NCBI RefSeq assembly: GCF_009834535.1
Contig: NC_045704.1
Span: 62,248,001 to 62,312,000 of the forward strand
From: Camelus ferus
Lineage: Eukaryota
Direction of reading: 5' to 3'
DNA length: 64,000 bases
A program made the position numbers and the translations under genes. Below are positions 58,471 to 64,000 of this stretch, in pieces (the first letter of the stretch is position 1; each line of letters begins with the position of its first letter). The notes below the pieces were generated by a model. That model had not been told where the DNA came from. It saw nothing but the letters and a program-made list of their open reading frames with translations, and did not search any database.

Positions 58471-60064
58471 ATTTATAATGATCAAAATAGCACCATTTTC
58501 TGTTTCCTTCTATCCCTCCTTTAGGTGATTCCATCTACATTCAGGGTCTTTGTTCTATGGAAATGTGGATGGGCCCCCAAACCATATCTTCACCCAGATC
58601 TCTCTCCTGAACTCTGGATTTCTGCTATATTTTGGGATTTTTTTTTTTTTAAGAAAGCAGAAATCCAATGAACTCCAAGGAGAGAAAATAAAACATTGCC
58701 AGATATGAGAGGATCTGGAATTGAAATCAGGAGAAACCCATTGAGAAAAGAAGCAGCAGATCTGTCTGTCCCTCTCTAGGGTCTGCTCTGTTCTCATCTC
58801 ATACCTCACACCTTCCCCTGCCTGCTCATTATCCCCCAACTCCAGAGCCCACTCTAAATGGCAAGGGATTCCATGTCTCAATCCATACAACAGAAGTCCT
58901 AGGATTGGCCGCCTGGGATTAGGTGTCCATCGCAGGTCCAAGAGCTGCAGCACTGTGGAGGGAGAGGGGTCATGTGATCGATAGAGCTGTCCCTTCCAGC
59001 ATCACTGGACAGGACCAACAATGAAAGACTGTCCACTTCATTCTTCTGCTTGCCTGCCTGGTACACATAACCTTTTCCCCCTTCAGACCTTTCCAAAGAT
59101 GCTCTTATCTAAGTTGATCATATTTATGGCTACAAATCATACATCTCCCCAACAGAAACAACATGATGTCCCATTCACCTCCTCTTTCAGAGTCAGTGAG
59201 TATCACAAGGCCATCTCAGAGGTCACTTGCTTGCCCCAGAATCCACAATATTCAGTTTCTGTCTACTCCTCTTCTGTCTCTGTGAGATATTGTCCAGATT
59301 AGACCACCCACTTTCTACAACCTACGACCTAAGTGGTAAATATAACTCTGCCATTCCCCTAGTACCAAACAGTGCACCCAAAACAGGATGACAGCAGGGG
59401 AAAAATCATTTCCTTAGAAAAATGGAGGCAAGCAAGAAATCTCTAGGACAAGAATCATACAGTGGCTCCTGGTCCAAGCATATATCAAATCCTGAAGGAA
59501 CAGGGGACCCCTAGCTGGCATGATAGGGCCAGTGTCCTTGGGAGGTTGCCCATGCTTAAGAACCCAAATGAATCCTGAGGACCAGGTCACAAATCTTCTG
59601 TTGTTTAGAACCCAGGATTAGCTCCTTCAATCTGACTGCCCTTCTCTTAATGGCTGATTGTACATGGTGCAGAAGGGAGGTAGCTGGGAAACACGAGGTA
59701 TGCCTTTCCTGATCTATCTTTCCTTATCCATGTTCCAGCCCTAGCTGTGGGACTTGCCTCTCGGTGGTGGGAGGGTTCCTCTTGGGGAAAGCAGAGTGAG
59801 AAATGCCTACAAAGAGCTTGTGAGGGTGTCATCTTCTCTGGCAACCCCTTCTCCTCCCAAAGAATTCTTTCCCAATGGCCTGAACATCCATCTTTGTCAA
59901 TCATAACTTTTAACTTTGGCACCAGAAACTCAATGAAACAGAAAATTAGGACCAGACCAAAGTTTGGCAGGGCCCATTAGTTTCTGGACTTGGCCCTAAG
60001 TAATCAGAGAGCTCCAGCTACAGGCAAAATGGGCTTCCTGCACCAGTTATATAATAACCCTGCT

Positions 60065-60223
60065 TTCCTTTCTTTCTTTCTTTCTTTTTAAATTTTTTTG
60101 TTTGTTTTTGGGGGGTTGGTAATTAGGTTTTTGTTTGTTTGTCTTTAGTGGAGATACTAGGAATTGAACCCAGGACCTTGTGCGTGCTAAGCACACACTC
60201 TGCCACTGAGCTATACCCTCCCC
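60065..60223 (-). mobile_element. Camelid tRNA-derived SINE (Vic-1-like)
   Basis: T-rich tail then gtggagatactaggaattgaacccaggaccttgtgcgtgctaagcacacactctgccactgagctataccctcccc. Confidence 0.85.
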
Positions 60224-60645
60224 ACCTCATTCTGCTTTTCTTATGTGCTCATAGACAGGCATTCTGGACAGAAACCTGCCTCTTTGTTGCCGGCCCTTGT
60301 CTCAGGTTATAAGCAATAAATAGTCTGCTTCATTATCCTTACATTCAGACATCAAGCCTCCCAAAGCTTCACCTTTGGTGTGCCTACAGTTTGGGTCTCA
60401 AGGGATAGCAGGTGACAACTTAATTAGTTGCTTTTCCACCCAAACTCACAGACTGCAAACTTCTTCTCCTGTAATGAAAACATTTTTATTATATCTCTTT
60501 CCAATATAATACCATAGCTAGTCTCATGTCTTAAGGCTCTAACAATTGAAACCCTACTCCTGGTACCAATTTCCATCCTGACTACAACTTTTCTGGTTGC
60601 ACACTTAAAAGAATTAAAGTAAAAAATTTTAAATATATTGAACAC

Positions 60646-60690
60646 TTATACATATGTGTATGTATATATATGTATACACACACACACACA
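60646..60690 (+). repeat. Compound (TA/TG/CA) microsatellite
   Basis: tatacatatgtgtatgtatatatatgtatacacacacacacaca. Confidence 0.8.
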
Positions 60691-60972
60691 GAGAAAGGGG
60701 GTAGGGGAGAGACTGCGGGAGAGAAAGAACAAGGACAGCCAGGAAACTGAAAGTAAAAATTAGAAAGTGAACCAGGCAACTTCTCTGTCTCTGTCTCTTT
60801 CAGGGTTGGTGACATGGTCACCTGGTTTTTCATTAATCTGTGTCTATCCCATCTTTTCAGACCTTTCAAGCAGACAATGAGGGACCAATTCACTGCATCT
60901 CAGCAACTTTCATGTGGCCCAGTGGCTGGCTCAAACAAATGAATTACGCCAATCAGATTTTGATTTACCTCT

Positions 60973-61921
60973 TTCCACCCCCTTTCCCCCTGGTAACCAT
61001 AAGTTTGTTTTCTATGTCTGTGAGTCTGTTTCTGTTTTGTAAATAAGGTCGTTTGTCTTTTTTTTTTAATTCCACAGATAAGTGATATCATATGGTATTT
61101 TTCTTTCTCTTTCTGGCTTACTTCACTTAGAATGATGATCTCTAGATCAATCCATGTTGCTGCAAATGGCATTATTTTATTATTTTTTTACAGCTGAGTA
61201 GTACTCCATTGTATAAATACACCACAGCTTCTTTATCCAGTCATCTGTATGGACATTCAGGTTGTTTCCATGTCTTGGCTATTGTAAATTTTGCTGCTAT
61301 GAACATTGGGGTGCATGTGTCTTTTTGAATTAAATTTCACCCTGGATATATGCCTAGGAGTGGGATTGCTGGATCATATGGTAAGTCTATTTTAAGTTTT
61401 TTGAGGAATTTCCATACTGGATTCCATAACGGCTATATCAAACTGCATTCCCACCAGCAGTGTAGGAGGGTTCCCTTTTCTTCACACCCTTTCCAGCATT
61501 TATTGTTCGTGGACTTTTGAATGATTGCCATTCGACTGGTGTGAGGTGATCCCTCATTATAGTTTTGATTTGCATTTCCCTGATAATTAGCGATATTGAG
61601 CATGTTTTCATATTCCTATTGGCCATTTGTATGTCTTCATTGGAGAATTGCTTGTTTAGATCTTCTGCCCATTTTTGGATTGGGTTGTTTGTTTTTTTCT
61701 TATTAAGTTGTATGAGCTGTTTATATATTCTGGAGATTAAGCCCTTGTCAGTCTCATCTTTTACAAATATTTTCTCCAATTCTGTAGGTTGCCATTTTGT
61801 TTTGCTTATGGTTTCCTTTGCTATGCAAAAGCTTATAAGTTTAATTGGGTCTCATTTGTTAATTTTTGCTTTTATTTCTATTGCTTGGGTAGATTGCCCT
61901 AGGAGAACATTGCTGAGATTT
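60973..61921 (-). mobile_element. Young camelid/artiodactyl L1 fragment, truncated at both ends
   Basis: Minus-strand [49 protein letters not shown] is L1 ORF2 C-terminal. The 3' UTR is closely similar to the copy at 63292-64000. Confidence 0.92.
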
Positions 61922-61954
61922 AAAACATCAGATTTTATTGATTTTACCTCTCAA

Positions 61955-62495
61955 ATGTCTCTTGAATTCTTCTACTTTTCTTCAGCCCATCTAAGATAAT
62001 GTTCATCTTGTAACTAGCTTATCCCTGTAGATCTTCCTCATTCAGTCTTTCCTCCTTCCAAAATAGTCCCCATATGGCTTTTAGACAAATCTGATCATGT
62101 CACTCTTAAAACCTTCCGGTAGTGCCCCAATGTTTCAAACTCTCCATAATCTAGCTTTTGTCTACCTCTCCAGCCTTATGCTGCTGAGCTTCACTCTTAG
62201 AGCCATATTGAACCACTGAAGCCACAAGTTTCCAGTCTCTTTTTGGGCTCAGCTTTGCATGTGCCCAACACCTCTTCCAAGAGGTCTTCTCTGACCTGTC
62301 ATAGTCTAGGTTAGAAGTGATTTCTGTGCACTCTCACAAGGTACTTAGCTTCATTAAAGTTCTTATCACTCTGAATTGTAAGCACCTTTTTTCTAATCTG
62401 TAAACAACACAACCCTTTAAATTTCTTAACAACAGGGACTATGTCATATTAATTATTGTACTTGGCACATGTTCAATACAAGTTTGTTGAATGAA
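61955..62495 (+). mobile_element. L2 fragment with 3' end
   Basis: aaatctgatcatgtcactcttaaaaccttcc and cttggcacatgttcaatacaagtttgttgaatgaa. Confidence 0.7.
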
Positions 62496-63291
62496 AAAGA
62501 CACACTTACCTGTTACTGTTTATTATAACTCCCACTGCCTAGAGAGGCTTCTTACAGAGGCTTATACCTTATTACGATTGCTAGCTTTAGTGCAGGGTCT
62601 TATATTTTGTAAAGGATATTCACAAGTCATGTCTCATTGGATCATCCCAGCCAGCCCTCCAGCCAAGAAAGAAGGAAGGGAGGAATGTTACTTTTACTTA
62701 CGTAAAAAGGAAATATGATTCAAATATATTAAGTGACTTGCCTGATGGCAAGTAGTTAGGGATTGTTCATACTGGGTGACAGCTGGGGAGCAGGTGCCAG
62801 ACTCTGGTGGCAGAGAATGCACATAAATGAGCAGGTTCTAAAGAAAACTCTATTATGAGTAATGAGATTTGAGACCCTAACTCAGGAGATACTGAATTTG
62901 TTAAGAAGGTAACAAGACACCTATTGCAGGAACTCACAACTGCCACGGAGGGAGGGGGCAACTTTGTGTTCCAACCATTAGAGTGGATCTTATGGTCCTT
63001 AAGTGATAATTTGTAGTGTTTTTGAATGGCAGCACATGTGGCTGGGCTGAGCAAGGATTAGATCCAACACAACAAGCTCAATAGGCGGCTAAAAATCACT
63101 GACCGGGGAAAGTTAGGTACAGGGTGACCTGATTTTCTAGAGAACAACATGACAGGGTAGGCCAAGCAGAGGGAGGAAATCAAGGACCAGGGAAGATGGC
63201 CAAGCAGCTGCTGCCTGTGAAGGATGGGGTCTGCCCATCTCACACGACACCGTCCCAACTATGTTCTAAGCACCATTCCAAGACTCTACTC

Positions 63292-64000
63292 TTTTCTTTT
63301 TTTTTGCTTAAAAAAAAATTTATTGAAGTCTAGTCAGTTTACAATGTTGTGTCACTTTCTGGTATACAGGATAATGTTTCAGTCATACATATACATACAT
63401 ATATTCCTTTTCATATCCTTTTTTGTCACAGATTACTACAAGATATTAAATATAGTTCCCTGCACTATACAGTAGAAACTTGTTCTTTATCTATTTTATA
63501 TATAGCAGTTAGTATCTACAAATTTCAAACTCCCAATTTATCCCTTCCCACGTCCTTTCCCCCACTGGTAACCACAATTTTGTTTTCTATGTCTGTGAGT
63601 CTGTTTCTGTTTTGTAAATAAGTTCATTTGTGTCTTTTTAGATTCCACCTATAAGTGATATCATATGATATTTTATTTTCTCTTTCTGGTCTTCTTCACT
63701 TAGAATGATGATCTCCAGGTCCATGCATGTTGCTGCAAATGTCATTATTTTATTATTTATTAATGGCTGAGTAGTACTCCATTGTATAAATATACCACAG
63801 CTTCTTTATCCAGTCACCTGTCAGTGGGCACTTAGGTTGCTTCCATGTCTTGGCTATTGTATATAGTGCTGCTGTGCACACTGGAGTGCATGTATCTTTT
63901 CAAATTAGAGTTCCCTCCAGATATATGTCCAGAAGTGGGATTGCTGGATCACAGGGTAAGTCTATTTTTAGTTTTTTTAGGAATCTCCGTACTGTTTTCC
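63292..64000 (-). mobile_element. Young camelid/artiodactyl L1, 3' end with poly(A) tail, running off the window
   Basis: T-rich tail then tttattgaagtctagtcagtttacaatgttgtgtc..., continuing into ORF2-end sequence. Confidence 0.92.

Noticed and set aside
61438-61999. L1 ORF2-like 113-aa ORF and the opposite-strand 144-aa ORF
   Set aside because: A fragment of a truncated retrotransposon and its antisense frame; not a host gene.
1-64000. Prokaryote-type systems (CRISPR arrays, operons, IS elements, rRNA)
   Set aside because: The sequence is intron- and retroposon-rich mammalian DNA; no regularly spaced repeat-spacer array or dense coding was seen.

Overview
Mammalian genomic DNA, not prokaryotic. 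It is most likely from a camelid (alpaca/llama/camel), judged from the tRNA-derived SINE family and the young L1 3' UTR. The + strand carries the 3' half of synaptotagmin-6 (SYT6). Bases 1-31176 are the distal part of a long intron; the TM/C2A exons lie upstream of the window. Three GT-AG exons encode the C2B domain (31177-31297, 35077-35248, 36421-36571). These are followed by a 69-nt stop-containing exon (40216-40284, GNPRL*) and a terminal exon (from 41914; WQGQAASFDSESSCPSPKPPPTP* when spliced directly to the C2B exon) with a ~2.5-kb 3' UTR ending near tandem AATAAA at 44386/44409. The rest is intergenic-looking and repeat-rich (L2, MIR, MLT1, MER5/MER91, L1, three SINEs, microsatellites, three N-gaps). 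I see no convincing wholly new gene system. The best leads concern how SYT6 builds its C-terminus: two in-frame donors, at least two acceptors, a stop codon on the NMD 50-55-nt boundary, a 216-codon open read-through into the intron followed by poly(A) signals, an RBFOX-motif cluster, and an orphan downstream micro-exon. There are also candidate intronic promoters, a CTCF site and an apparently internally primed L1. Repeat family names and human exon numbering come from recalled consensus sequences, and repeat boundaries are approximate.
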